A DNA stretch of 64,000 nt from Patescibacteria group bacterium (GCA_018830045.1 JAHJTF010000020.1:4667-68666); one strand, 5' to 3'; counted from the stretch's first letter, positions 20,073 through 30,622 are shown. The notes: generated by a model from the letters alone, not told the origin. Numbers and translations are program-made.

Positions 20073-20519
20073 TTAATTTAGTTTTTCTATTTCGGAAGCG
20101 AAGTCCTCCAAACTCTCAAAATCTCGATAAACACTCGCAAATAATAAATACGACAATGGATCTAGCTTTTTCAACCGGTTGATCACCAAGTTGCCAATCT
20201 CCCAGCTTTTGACTTCATTGGTCCTTTTACGACGCAATGCGGCCTCAATTTCATCAATTAAAGCTTCAATGTCAGCCATTGAAACCGGACGTTTCCAGGT
20301 AGCTTTAACAATACCCCTTTTAAGCTTTTCTCGACTAAAATCTTCTTTAGATCCATCTTTTTTCATTACCTTAAGATCAATCCCCTCAACTCGTTCATAA
20401 GTAGTGAACCGCTTATCACATTGTTCACATTCTCTGCGCCTGCGAATCGAAGTCTGATCTTCTGCTTCGCGGGAGTCAACCACGCTGGTATCGGCGTAGT
20501 GACAGTATGGACACCTCAT
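20073..20519 (-). CDS. nrdR: Transcriptional repressor NrdR
   Basis: Start at MRCPYCH; zinc ribbon CPYC…CEQC followed by an ATP-cone region. The six-frame ORF has a 12-codon upstream extension. Confidence 0.85.
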   Translation of the reverse strand: MRCPYCHYADTSVVDSREAEDQTSIRRRRECEQCDKRFTTYERVEGIDLKVMKKDGSKEDFSREKLKRGIVKATWKRPVSMADIEALIDEIEAALRRKRTNEVKSWEIGNLVINRLKKLDPLSYLLFASVYRDFESLEDFASEIEKLN

Positions 20520-20703
20520 GTACAACTCCTTGTGGTTTTTAAATGCCCAAAGCACAAGATCTTGTGCTTTGTCGCAAGCAGGATTATCAGAGTCTCACAC
20601 TTCAAACCCCCCTGTCAATATCTCAAAATATCTCAAAGGTGACTAATTACGTTTGCAATAAAAATGCCAAAATAATCCAAAGCTGAACACATAAATGAAG
20701 CAA

Positions 20704-21246
20704 TTAATGAGAAAGTGATTGGCCCAAACGAAGTTTAATAGATTCACATTCACTAATTAGACGATCTACAACCGCTTTTTGGGCTGTGTCAAAATTATCC
20801 GCGATGATTTTAGCTTCCCACAAATAAGCAGTTAAGTGCTTTAACATCTTTAATCTGATTTCATTAGTAGTTTGAGCATCTAATGTTTCCTGAGTGGCAT
20901 TAAGTAAATATTTCTGAGATTTAGTAAAAGCAGTTAGAGCCAAGTCAATCTTATTTTTATCTATCAGTTGACGAGCATAATCTAGGCGTCGCCAGCCGTA
21001 TTCAGCTTGAAGCCAGAGTCTTTCTGGGAAAGGGGTAGTCTCCAGTTGAAGTTTATCAACCGTCATTAAAACCGGATAAAGGATATGGTCTGGCAAAATG
21101 GTGTTGTTTAAGTAAAACTGCCGATGACTAGCCTGAAATCCCGAGGAAGGATATGCCGCCGGCATTGAGGTATTAATTGAGATCATTACCATCAATACTC
21201 CTACAATAAGAGCGAAAATAGATAACCAAATTTGTGGTTTTTTCAT
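20704..21246 (-). CDS. Hypothetical secreted/membrane-anchored protein
   Basis: 180 aa with an N-terminal signal/TM segment (MKKPQIWLSIFALIVGVLMVMI). Confidence 0.3.
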   Translation of the reverse strand: MKKPQIWLSIFALIVGVLMVMISINTSMPAAYPSSGFQASHRQFYLNNTILPDHILYPVLMTVDKLQLETTPFPERLWLQAEYGWRRLDYARQLIDKNKIDLALTAFTKSQKYLLNATQETLDAQTTNEIRLKMLKHLTAYLWEAKIIADNFDTAQKAVVDRLISECESIKLRLGQSLSH

Positions 21247-21309
21247 AGAGCAATGATGAGGGGTGTAGTATAGCTACTTAGTTTCTGGCTGTCACTGTTA
21301 AAAATACTG

Positions 21310-22014
21310 CTAAAAATAGAGCAAAAGTGCCATGCCCCAGATAACATGAGACGTCACTAATAAATATGCATTTTGTTTTTGTGCGAATAGCAGACTTTGT
21401 CCAATGGCAAATAAAGTCAATAAACTCAGTATGGGAAATACACTCACGAGATCAAATCTTATAAACACGTTGGGAATATGAAATAACATGAAAATTAAAG
21501 TCACTAAAATCACCTGTTTAATGAGTGACCAATAAATAAATCTGTCTTGCACCACCGTCATCACAAAACTAAAGAAGAAGACAGTTTCAAAGAAGGCAGT
21601 AAATAAACCCCAGAGCATTTCCCACCAAAACTGATCAGCAAAAAAAATTAAAACTGGCTCAACTGTTCCACCGGTTTGCAGTAACCTAATAAAAACTGTT
21701 AAAAAACCAAACATACCGCCTATGACTAGCCCCTTCAGCATTCCTGACTGAAGATTTTTAAGCATAAAGCTATCAATAATGGGTCTAAAACCTGTCACAT
21801 TGATATAAACCCAGACTGGCAAGCCAAAAAAAATGGCTTTACCAATAATCTCATCAAACCAAACTGGGAAATTAAATAGACTCCGGTAAAGGAACCACAA
21901 AATCAATGTAAAAATAATTACTGGAAAAAATACTTGATGAGTTAAATAACGACCGCGACTAGCTTGAGTAGTTGTTGAACTTTTAAATTTAGTGCTTGGC
22001 TTTTTTAAGGGCAT
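21310..22014 (-). CDS. Integral membrane protein, possibly CPBP (CAAX protease)-family
   Basis: Polytopic hydrophobic ORF with a weak FxxxH/HxxxN-like motif (MLFHIPNV). Confidence 0.3.
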   Translation of the reverse strand: MPLKKPSTKFKSSTTTQASRGRYLTHQVFFPVIIFTLILWFLYRSLFNFPVWFDEIIGKAIFFGLPVWVYINVTGFRPIIDSFMLKNLQSGMLKGLVIGGMFGFLTVFIRLLQTGGTVEPVLIFFADQFWWEMLWGLFTAFFETVFFFSFVMTVVQDRFIYWSLIKQVILVTLIFMLFHIPNVFIRFDLVSVFPILSLLTLFAIGQSLLFAQKQNAYLLVTSHVIWGMALLLYF

Positions 22015-22627
22015 CTAAAACCAGCTTTGAGGTTTCTTTTTTAGTACTAGAATAAGTATCTATGACTAGATCGTATAAGTCTGGATGCCAAAAATCAATT
22101 GGCTCCTTGGCTGATAGAATGCCGGGTTCAATAACCCATTGCTGCCATTCTTTTTCATAAAGCCGGCTCCATGTTTTTAAGTTGGTCAAATATCTTTCAT
22201 GTAGGTGAACCTTAGCTTCTTTGACTGAAATTTGATCGCGGTTAACAATGCGGTCGATCCTTATCGCATCTTCACTACAAATCATCAAAATCTTTAAAAC
22301 ACCCTTAAGTTGCTGTGCCATAAATCCAGACAGCCAGGATTCTAAAATCCAAAATTGCTCGTTTTCGAGTTTTTCTCTCATCCCATAGTCAACTTGACGA
22401 TCAAAATCATTTTCATAATGTGAGGCGTCGTGATGAGTGTTTTTAGAACCATCAAATAAGCCCTTTTGGGCTGCATAGGCTCGCATGAACTCGCCCCCAG
22501 AAAAACCATGCCAACCGTCAAGTTTCAACTCTTCCTTGAGCATATTTAATAAAGTGGTGGAGCCACTGCCTGGCAAACCAGAAATAGTGACGTTGGTGTA
22601 GTTATATTTAAAAATTTGTGGGGTCAT
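21989..22627 (-). CDS. P-loop nucleoside/nucleotide kinase-like protein (cytidylate-kinase-like family)
   Basis: Walker A motif ISGLPGSGSTT near the N-terminus; 212 aa. Confidence 0.4.
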   Translation of the reverse strand: MTPQIFKYNYTNVTISGLPGSGSTTLLNMLKEELKLDGWHGFSGGEFMRAYAAQKGLFDGSKNTHHDASHYENDFDRQVDYGMREKLENEQFWILESWLSGFMAQQLKGVLKILMICSEDAIRIDRIVNRDQISVKEAKVHLHERYLTNLKTWSRLYEKEWQQWVIEPGILSAKEPIDFWHPDLYDLVIDTYSSTKKETSKLVLDALKKAKH

Positions 22628-22730
22628 ATAACTCCTCTTATGTATTTAAATGTAGCCACTCAGGCGCAATAATATAGTATACCCTAAGTTGCAGATAATG
22701 GGTCTGATGAGAGATAATGGGGGTTCAACT

Positions 22731-25106
22731 ATGTTAAATTTAAACTGGCAGAAAGCTTTTTTGCATAAGTTGTCTAAAAAACAGCTATCCAAAAAAAAAC
22801 AACACTCGCAAAAATCTCCAGCGAAAAAATCTACTGCTCAGATTACCCGCATTGTTAAAACTTTGTTGTACCCAGTTACTCACCCTATTTTGCGCTATGT
22901 AACTGCAGTGGTATTTTCTCTGCTAATTATTGGGACTGGACTGCTTCTCCAACAACTTCCCTCTCCGCGGCGTCTGACTGCTAAAGATAATTTTGCTGTT
23001 AGTACCTTAATTTATGACCGTTACGGTAAATTATTATATGAAATTTATGCAGATGAGAATCGTGTTCCAATTAAACTAGAAGAACTTCCGCCCCATGTCT
23101 TACAAGCCACGGTTTCCATAGAAGATAAAAATTTTTATAAACATTGGGGGTTTGATGTAAGCGGAATTATCCGAGCCATACGCAATAATCTCCTGAGTAC
23201 GGACGTTGAGGGCGGATCAACCATTACTCAGCAATTAGTTAAAAATGCTTTTTTAACCAAAGAAAAAACTCTGCAACGAAAATTTAAAGAACTAGTTTTG
23301 GCCGTCCTAACAGAGATCATGTACTCCAAAAAAGAAATTCTAGAAATGTATTTAAACTACATTTCTTATGGCGGTACGGCAGTCGGGGTGGAAGCAGCAG
23401 CACATAAATACTTTGATAAAAATGCCAAAGATTTAAATCTTGCTGAAGCATCTTTATTGGCTGGATTACCCCAAGCCCCTAGTCGCTATTCACCTTTTGC
23501 TTCTGATCCTCAAATCTCACGAGATCGACAGGCAGAAGTGCTACGCAGAATGATTGAAGATGGCTACATTTCACAGCTGCAAGCACAAGAAGCTCAAGGA
23601 ACAATTCTAACCTTCGCACTGTCTGAAACTAATATTCAAGCACCTCACTTTGTATTTTATGTCCGAGATTTATTGTATGAAAAATACGGAGAAGAAATGG
23701 TCGAAAAAGGCGGACTAAGAGTTCATACCACCCTAGATTTAGACCTACAAAAGGCAGTCCAGGCATCAGTATCTGCAGAAGTTAAACAGCTAGCTCGCCA
23801 TCGAGTCAGCAATGGTGCCGCTCTAGTGACTAAACCTAATACTGGTGAAATTCTCGCCATGGTTGGAAGCACCGACTACTTTAATAGTGAAATTGATGGC
23901 CAGGTTAACATTGCATTGCGATCTCGCCAGCCAGGCTCTTCAATCAAACCTCTCATGTATGCCACTGCTTTTGAAGAGAAAAAACTAAATCCCGGGAGCA
24001 TTTTAATAGACATCCCCACGTGCTTTGATGTACCCGGTCAACCGCAATACTGTCCTAAAAATTATGATGGCACTTTCAAGGGTCCAGTTACTATCCGTCG
24101 CTCACTAGGCAACTCACTTAACATTCCAGCGGTAAAGGCAATTAGTACCATTGGCGTTGAAACTTTTATGGATCAAGCTACAAAGATGGGGATCACAACT
24201 TGGAAAGATCCGGCTAATTACGGCCTATCTCTAACTTTAGGGGGTGGTGAAGTGAGGATGATTGACATGGCCCAGGCATTTGGAGTTCTAGCCAATCAAG
24301 GAGTTAAAGTCCCACTCACTCCAATCCTAAAAATCGAAGATTATACTGGTGAAGTCTTAGCAGAAATCAATATTGAGGATCGCTTGGGAGACCTTAGCAC
24401 CCTGATGGAGTTTGACCAAGAATCAGCTGGTGATCTTAGGCGCGTCATGAACCGCGCCCCAGCCTATCTAGTTAGCCACATCATGCAAGATAACAATGCT
24501 CGCGTAGAAGCTTTTGGCCCTAGCTCAAAACTAGTTATTCCCGGAAAAATTGTCAGTGCCAAAACCGGCACCACTAATGACCTAAAAGACAACTGGACAA
24601 TTGGTTTTACACCACAGTACTTGGTTGTGAGTTGGGTAGGTAATAATGACAATACCCCCATGAACCCATACTTAGTTTCTGGAGTAACAGGAGCAGCCCC
24701 AATTTGGAATGACATCATGAATTTTATCTTACAAGGTCAAGAATCAGTTTGGCCACAAAAACCTAGTGACGTAGCTCAGGCCATGGTCTGCGCCAATGGA
24801 ATGCCGGCGCAATATGCAAATGAGGAATGTCGATTATTAAATCAAGAAATGTACTGGGAAGCTAGTTATCCCTCTAACTCTAGAGTAATTGAAAAAGAGG
24901 TTTGGATTAAACCAGAAACAGGCCTACCACCTGTTTACGGCGAACAAGCCGAGGGCTTAGTTCTAGAAAGACGCACTCTTTATCAAGACCCAGTGACCGA
25001 ACTTTACTGCGCCGACTGCCGCCGCAACTTAGATGAAACGGGTAAAATCCAATACGAACGACACGTAGTAAATGAACAAACCACTGCCCGCATCCATAAT
25101 GACTAA
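22731..25106 (+). CDS. Penicillin-binding protein 1A (bifunctional transglycosylase/transpeptidase), paralog 1
   Basis: GT51 motifs (EDKNFYKHWGFD, GGSTITQQL) and transpeptidase motifs (SSIKP, SLN, KTGTT). Start chosen at MLNLNW after a GGGGG RBS; the ORF extends to 22689. Confidence 0.85.
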   Translation: MLNLNWQKAFLHKLSKKQLSKKKQHSQKSPAKKSTAQITRIVKTLLYPVTHPILRYVTAVVFSLLIIGTGLLLQQLPSPRRLTAKDNFAVSTLIYDRYGKLLYEIYADENRVPIKLEELPPHVLQATVSIEDKNFYKHWGFDVSGIIRAIRNNLLSTDVEGGSTITQQLVKNAFLTKEKTLQRKFKELVLAVLTEIMYSKKEILEMYLNYISYGGTAVGVEAAAHKYFDKNAKDLNLAEASLLAGLPQAPSRYSPFASDPQISRDRQAEVLRRMIEDGYISQLQAQEAQGTILTFALSETNIQAPHFVFYVRDLLYEKYGEEMVEKGGLRVHTTLDLDLQKAVQASVSAEVKQLARHRVSNGAALVTKPNTGEILAMVGSTDYFNSEIDGQVNIALRSRQPGSSIKPLMYATAFEEKKLNPGSILIDIPTCFDVPGQPQYCPKNYDGTFKGPVTIRRSLGNSLNIPAVKAISTIGVETFMDQATKMGITTWKDPANYGLSLTLGGGEVRMIDMAQAFGVLANQGVKVPLTPILKIEDYTGEVLAEINIEDRLGDLSTLMEFDQESAGDLRRVMNRAPAYLVSHIMQDNNARVEAFGPSSKLVIPGKIVSAKTGTTNDLKDNWTIGFTPQYLVVSWVGNNDNTPMNPYLVSGVTGAAPIWNDIMNFILQGQESVWPQKPSDVAQAMVCANGMPAQYANEECRLLNQEMYWEASYPSNSRVIEKEVWIKPETGLPPVYGEQAEGLVLERRTLYQDPVTELYCADCRRNLDETGKIQYERHVVNEQTTARIHND

Positions 25107-26283
25107 GCGGATATTTTTAATCGCTGTAGGTTTATTAAGCTTTTTTCTGGCCTTAATTTTCTCTCTGTGGTATTTTGCCGAAGTTCCATTAACTTCCCCC
25201 CTTAGTTCACTAACTGCATTTAATTTTATTAATCAAATTACTTCTAAGAACAATAATAAGATTGTTTATGGATTCATCCCGTACTGGAATTTAGACGAGG
25301 TTAGGATTCAACCAGAATTAACCCACTTGGCTTACTTTGGGCTAACGATTGGCGCTGATGGACAAATCGTAACTAAAGAAAATAGCGGCCCAGAACCAGG
25401 CTATAAACATCTGCAAAGCGATAAGTTTTTGGAAATTTCAAGTCTGATGGAACAACAAAATAAAAAAGTAGAAATCGTGCTAACTCAGTTTAATAACGAC
25501 ACCATCGTCTCTTTATTAAACCAAGAAAAAAGCATTCAAAACCTGCTTACTTCACTTGATTCTATTTTATTGGCCTATCCAGTGAGTGGAATCAATTTAG
25601 ATATTGAATATACCGGTCTAGTGACTGACCAATTGCGCCAAAAATTTGTGCAGTTGGTGGTGGCAATTAGTCAACACTTAACCCAAAAATACGATCAAGT
25701 GACATTTTCAGTTGATATGTATGCTTCAGCCGCCACCAAACCTCAAATCTGGGATGTGGCTAAGATTGAGCCATATGTTGATCACATTATTGTCATGGCC
25801 TATGATTTTCATCAACGCTCTTCACCCCAAGCTGGACCAGTCGCACCTCTTTTTGGTGGACGAGAGTATTGGGACAGTGATGTTAATCAACATTTAGCAG
25901 ATTTTGTTAAACTAGTCCCAAAAGAGAAAATCCTCTTGGGAGTGCCATTTTATGGCTACGAGTGGCAGACTACCTCGCGTGATCCTCAGGCTCATACTTT
26001 TCCCCAAACGGGTAGTACAGCCAGCATAAAAAGAGTTAAAGAAATCATCGCCGTCACACAAGAACTTAAGGTAGAGCAATCCTGGAATGACCAAGCCCTC
26101 TCTCCCTATTTATCTTATCTTGAAGATGACAAAATTTTTGTGATTTACTATGAAAACTCTCGCTCTTTATCTTACAAACTAGACTATGTTAATCAATTAA
26201 ATTTGAGAGGAATTTCTATTTGGGCATTGGGTTATGAAGATAGCTCTCGCGAGTTGTGGGATGTGATCAGTAATAAATTATAG
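25099..26283 (+). CDS. Glycoside hydrolase family 18 (chitinase/YaaH-like) protein, membrane-anchored
   Basis: Motifs GINLDIEY (catalytic DxE), VMAYDFH and GVPFYGYEW, with an N-terminal TM. The start overlaps the PBP1A stop (ATGACTAA). Confidence 0.7.
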   Translation: MTKRIFLIAVGLLSFFLALIFSLWYFAEVPLTSPLSSLTAFNFINQITSKNNNKIVYGFIPYWNLDEVRIQPELTHLAYFGLTIGADGQIVTKENSGPEPGYKHLQSDKFLEISSLMEQQNKKVEIVLTQFNNDTIVSLLNQEKSIQNLLTSLDSILLAYPVSGINLDIEYTGLVTDQLRQKFVQLVVAISQHLTQKYDQVTFSVDMYASAATKPQIWDVAKIEPYVDHIIVMAYDFHQRSSPQAGPVAPLFGGREYWDSDVNQHLADFVKLVPKEKILLGVPFYGYEWQTTSRDPQAHTFPQTGSTASIKRVKEIIAVTQELKVEQSWNDQALSPYLSYLEDDKIFVIYYENSRSLSYKLDYVNQLNLRGISIWALGYEDSSRELWDVISNKL

Positions 26284-26350
26284 GCTTTTTTTCATCAACT
26301 TTTTACTGAGATAGGTTGTCTGATTAAAGAGCTGATGATATGATCGCCCC

Positions 26351-28642
26351 ATGAGTAAGATAAATCCTATAGCTTACGGAAATAGATTAAAGCTTATTCT
26401 AAAAAAACTAGGACCAATATATCTATTATTCCAATTTAGCCCCTTCGTAAGACCTAAAATAACATCTCCGCAGAAAAAAACATTGGGTAGTTCAGCTCTC
26501 CAGGGTTGGTCCATGATTGACCTCATGGAATTATTAAAATTGCCTCCAGTTAAATTTAAGAAAATTCAATTAACTCCCACACGAAAGACTGCTTTAATTG
26601 GTACGCTAATCATATTTCTGCTTGGTGGTGGATATAGTTTTTATTTATTAATTATTAAAGATTTGCCTAACATTAGTCAGCTTAATGGACGTAACCAAAT
26701 TGTTTCGACTAAAATCTTGTCGCGAGACGGACAAGTATTGTTTAGGATTTACGAAAATGAAAATCGCACTTTAGTCAAACTCAGTGATATTCCGCAACAC
26801 ATGATTAATGCCACCATCGCCATAGAAGATAAAGATTTTTATTATCATCATGGTTTTTCTATTAAAGGCATTATGCGCGCTCTAGTTGCCAACAGCCAAG
26901 ACCTGACTATTCAACAAGGCGGTTCAACTATCACTCAGCAATTGGTAAAAAATCGCTTACTTAGTCCAGAGCGAACAATTCAACGAAAAATCCGCGAGTT
27001 AGTCTTGTCTGTATTGATAGAACTTAAGTTTAGTAAAGAAGAAATTTTAGAGATGTACTTCAATCAAGTTCCCTATGGTGGTTCCACTTATGGCGTAGAA
27101 GAGGCAGCTCAGCGTTACTTTGGTAAAACTATTAGCCAATTAAATTTAGCAGAAAGCTCTATGCTAGCTGGTTTACCCGTGGCGCCATCTATTTATTCTC
27201 CTTTTGGCGCAGCGCCAGAACTGGCTAAGCACCGCCAGTTAGAGGTATTGCGCCACATGGTAGAAGATGACTATATTGATCAAGCTCAAGCTGATGATGC
27301 TTTCAAGTTGTCACTCAATTTTAAACACGATGTGATTGACATTAAAGCACCTCATTTTGTGTTTTATGTTAAAAAACTTCTCTCGGAACAATATGGCGAA
27401 GCTGTAGTTAATCAAGGTGGGTTGGAGGTCACTACTACCCTAGATTTAGAGTTGCAAAAAGTAGCCCAAAAAATTGTGACGGATGAGGTCACTAAACTCA
27501 CTAGACTGCAGGTGAATAATGGTGCGGCGTTAGTTACCAAACCACAAAGTGGCGAAATTTTGGCTATGATCGGCAGTAAAGATTACTTTGATTTTGAGCA
27601 TGATGGGCAGGTTAATGTCACTCTGCGACCGCGCCAACCTGGCTCCTCTATTAAGCCCTTAACTTACTCAATTGCCTTAGAGCAAGGTAAAAATCCCAGC
27701 ACTATTATTGACGATAGCCCCATTACCTACCATAGCTTAGGGAGTCCTCCTTACAGCCCACAAAACTATGATGGAAAATTTCATGGCAAAATCACGCTAC
27801 GAGAAGCTCTGGCTTCTTCTTATAACGTCCCAGCAGTGAAAACGTTAGCTGAAATTGGAGTTAGCAATATGCTAGATAAAGCCGAAACTATGGGCATAGA
27901 TACTTGGCAAGATCGACAAAGATTTGGCTTATCGCTCACTCTAGGAGGCGGAGAGGTCACCATGACAGATATGGCTGAGCTCTATAGTACTTTTGCCAAT
28001 GCTGGCACCACGGTAGAACTTAATCCCATTTTAGAAATTAAAAACTCTCAAGGCGAAATTTTATATCGCAATACCTGTGTGTTGGAAAATAGAGGGTGTC
28101 AACAAAACAAAACACTTAGTTCTAAGGTAGCATATCAAATTTCCGACATCCTCTCAGACAATCGCGCTCGCTTGGCTGCTTTTGGTCCGCACAGCGTTTT
28201 GTATATTCCTAATCAACAAGTGGCAGTTAAAACCGGTACTACCAATAGTCTCAGAGATAACTGGACTGTTGGTTATACGACTGATCGTTTAGTTGCTGTC
28301 TGGGTCGGCAATAATAATAATCAACCCATGAGCTATGTGGCCTCAGGCATTACTGGAGCCTCTCCAATTTGGAATCAAATCATGCGATTGCTTTTAGATG
28401 AAAAAACCCCCCATGTCTTTCCTCTCCCAGAAGGATTTATTAAAGTTAAAATTTGTGCCATCACTGGTACTCTTCCCTGCACGAGCTGTCCCAATATTAC
28501 TGAAGAGTTATTTATTCCGGGCAGTGAACCTCAAACACATTGTTCGCCTGAGTGGTTTGAGAAAAAAGAAGAACAACTGCAAAAAATGGAACAACTTCAG
28601 AAAAATCGCGATCAAATTTTAAACGGAGCTAGTGCTAATTGA
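26351..28642 (+). CDS. Penicillin-binding protein 1A, paralog 2
   Basis: Same motif set as paralog 1 (EDKDFYYHHGFS, GGSTITQQL, SSIKP, SYN, KTGTT). Confidence 0.85.
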   Translation: MSKINPIAYGNRLKLILKKLGPIYLLFQFSPFVRPKITSPQKKTLGSSALQGWSMIDLMELLKLPPVKFKKIQLTPTRKTALIGTLIIFLLGGGYSFYLLIIKDLPNISQLNGRNQIVSTKILSRDGQVLFRIYENENRTLVKLSDIPQHMINATIAIEDKDFYYHHGFSIKGIMRALVANSQDLTIQQGGSTITQQLVKNRLLSPERTIQRKIRELVLSVLIELKFSKEEILEMYFNQVPYGGSTYGVEEAAQRYFGKTISQLNLAESSMLAGLPVAPSIYSPFGAAPELAKHRQLEVLRHMVEDDYIDQAQADDAFKLSLNFKHDVIDIKAPHFVFYVKKLLSEQYGEAVVNQGGLEVTTTLDLELQKVAQKIVTDEVTKLTRLQVNNGAALVTKPQSGEILAMIGSKDYFDFEHDGQVNVTLRPRQPGSSIKPLTYSIALEQGKNPSTIIDDSPITYHSLGSPPYSPQNYDGKFHGKITLREALASSYNVPAVKTLAEIGVSNMLDKAETMGIDTWQDRQRFGLSLTLGGGEVTMTDMAELYSTFANAGTTVELNPILEIKNSQGEILYRNTCVLENRGCQQNKTLSSKVAYQISDILSDNRARLAAFGPHSVLYIPNQQVAVKTGTTNSLRDNWTVGYTTDRLVAVWVGNNNNQPMSYVASGITGASPIWNQIMRLLLDEKTPHVFPLPEGFIKVKICAITGTLPCTSCPNITEELFIPGSEPQTHCSPEWFEKKEEQLQKMEQLQKNRDQILNGASAN

Positions 28643-28660
28643 ACTTCACAAAACCCTAAA

Positions 28661-29365
28661 TTATTTATTTTTTATAGCCACTGCCTTAGCTTCAATTATG
28701 TCGACCACTTGCTTAATATGAAGATCGCTGGTATCAATTACAGTTGCATCTGGCACAATCTGCAGAGGATCAATGGCTCTTTCCATATCGCGCTTATCCC
28801 GCACCAGCATCTCGTCATAAACCTGTTGATAACTGGCATCATGACCCTTAGACTGCTCCTGAAGATGACGCCGTTTAGCTCTGACAGTCTCTGAGGCAGT
28901 CAAAAATATCTTGAGATCAGCGTCTGGCAAGACTTTAAAGGTGATATCCCTACCCTCCATCACTACATCATGACTAGCTGCTATTGCCTGCTGTTTGCTA
29001 ACTAATACTTTTCTTAACTGAGGATATTGAGCCACAATGGCTGAATTTTTACTCACCTCATCAGTCCTAATCTGCCAGGAGATGTCTTCGCTATCTAGTA
29101 AAACAGTGATTAAACGCCCATCTTGTTGCGACTCTGAGGGATTAAGTAACTCAATTTTTGCTTTTTCTACAATAGCTGCCACTTTGTCCTCATCATTTAG
29201 ATCAATGTTATTGCGTAGGGTCAATAAGGCAGCGGTGCGGTACATAGCTCCAGTATCGATATATAAAAAGCCCAGTCTCAGAGCGACCAATCTAGCGACC
29301 GTACTGCAACCAGCAGCAACGGGACCATCAATAGCGATTTGAAAAAATTTGGGCATTTTTATCAA
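28661..29365 (-). CDS. cmk: Cytidylate kinase
   Basis: IAIDGPVAAGCSTVARLVALRLGFLYIDTGAMYR. Confidence 0.8.
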   Translation of the reverse strand: MIKMPKFFQIAIDGPVAAGCSTVARLVALRLGFLYIDTGAMYRTAALLTLRNNIDLNDEDKVAAIVEKAKIELLNPSESQQDGRLITVLLDSEDISWQIRTDEVSKNSAIVAQYPQLRKVLVSKQQAIAASHDVVMEGRDITFKVLPDADLKIFLTASETVRAKRRHLQEQSKGHDASYQQVYDEMLVRDKRDMERAIDPLQIVPDATVIDTSDLHIKQVVDIIEAKAVAIKNK

Positions 29366-30081
29366 GCCTTTCTTTGAGTTGCTTCTAACATCTTAACTCG
29401 TTTTGAAATTTCATCCATCACTTGCTCAATACTTAAGTGAGTTGTATCTAACTGCCAAGCATCTAGAGTGGGGCGCAGGGGGTCAATCTCACGAGTCATT
29501 TCACGAGTATCTCTAGACACTATGTCTGCTTGAACTTGCTTTTTAGTGACTTTTTCACCTACCTGCTTGAGTTGTTTTTGTTTACGCTTAACTCGTTCTG
29601 CTTGATCGGCAATCATGAAAATTTTTAAATCAGCGTCCGGCAAAACCTTACTTCCAATATCTCTGCCTTCCATAACAATTCTTTTACCATCACACATATC
29701 TTGTTGGAGTTTAACTAAAATTTTTCTTACTTCTTTGTGAATGCCGATAATAGAAGCGCCTTCGCCGATCTCTAGCTCACGGATTTTCCAGGAAACATCT
29801 TCATTATTGAGATACACAGACACAGGGCGACCATCTTTTTTTTTGCCAGCTGGACGAGCTAGACGAATATCTATTTTAGCCGCCAATGTAGCCACAGCTG
29901 GACCATTATGCCAATCAATCTTATTTCTTTGAGCTGCCAAAGCCATGGCTCGGTACATGGCCCCAGTGTCGATGTAAGTCATCTTAAGCTGATCTGCCAA
30001 CTGTTTGGCGATGGTGCTTTTGCCCGAAGCAACCGGCCCATCAATAGCAATCTGAAAAGATAAATTAGGTCTTTTTGGCAT
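29362..30081 (-). CDS. cmk: Cytidylate kinase, second tandem paralog
   Basis: IAIDGPVASGKSTIAKQLADQLKMTYIDTGAMYRAMALAA. The stop overlaps the downstream cmk start. Confidence 0.8.
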   Translation of the reverse strand: MPKRPNLSFQIAIDGPVASGKSTIAKQLADQLKMTYIDTGAMYRAMALAAQRNKIDWHNGPAVATLAAKIDIRLARPAGKKKDGRPVSVYLNNEDVSWKIRELEIGEGASIIGIHKEVRKILVKLQQDMCDGKRIVMEGRDIGSKVLPDADLKIFMIADQAERVKRKQKQLKQVGEKVTKKQVQADIVSRDTREMTREIDPLRPTLDAWQLDTTHLSIEQVMDEISKRVKMLEATQRKA

Positions 30082-30128
30082 ACATCGAACCAGGGCAGGC
30101 TTTCCTGTACTTTGAAAACAGGAGAAAA

Positions 30129-30368
30129 TTACTTCTTTTTTTTGCGAGTAGCACTTTTTTTGTGCTTGGGTTTAGACTTAGCTTGAGACTTCTTTGTCTC
30201 TACTATCCATTCTTCTCTATCTGAAGTTAACAACCCACCCAGTCCGACAACGATTAAAATTAACGGCCAAAAATTCCAGAATTCTCGGGGAAGCATGCCT
30301 ATATTAGAGGCTAAAAAAATAAACCCCATGATGACTAATGTGGCTGGCCAAAAAACGTTTTTGGGCAT
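30129..30368 (-). CDS. Small membrane protein with Lys-rich tail
   Basis: 79 aa with two hydrophobic segments and a C-terminal KPKHKKSATRKKKK tail. Confidence 0.35.
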   Translation of the reverse strand: MPKNVFWPATLVIMGFIFLASNIGMLPREFWNFWPLILIVVGLGGLLTSDREEWIVETKKSQAKSKPKHKKSATRKKKK

Positions 30369-30622
30369 AAAAACTCCTTTTATTAACTAAATTAGCATGT
30401 AAATTAAACCTTTACACGCACACTTATATTAAAGAGGAAAAGGAGCCAGGGTGCAAGGACCCGTTTAGCAGGACCCTTAGCTCCATTACATTTTTAGATG
30501 AGTCAAAACGCCCTGTTGCAGTTTATGATGCATATATTACCCGAAGATATTTGCTATATGTGTGTATATATGATTATCTATTTATAGTGCAAACAACAAT
30601 AAGTTGATAGTTAGGAAAATTT

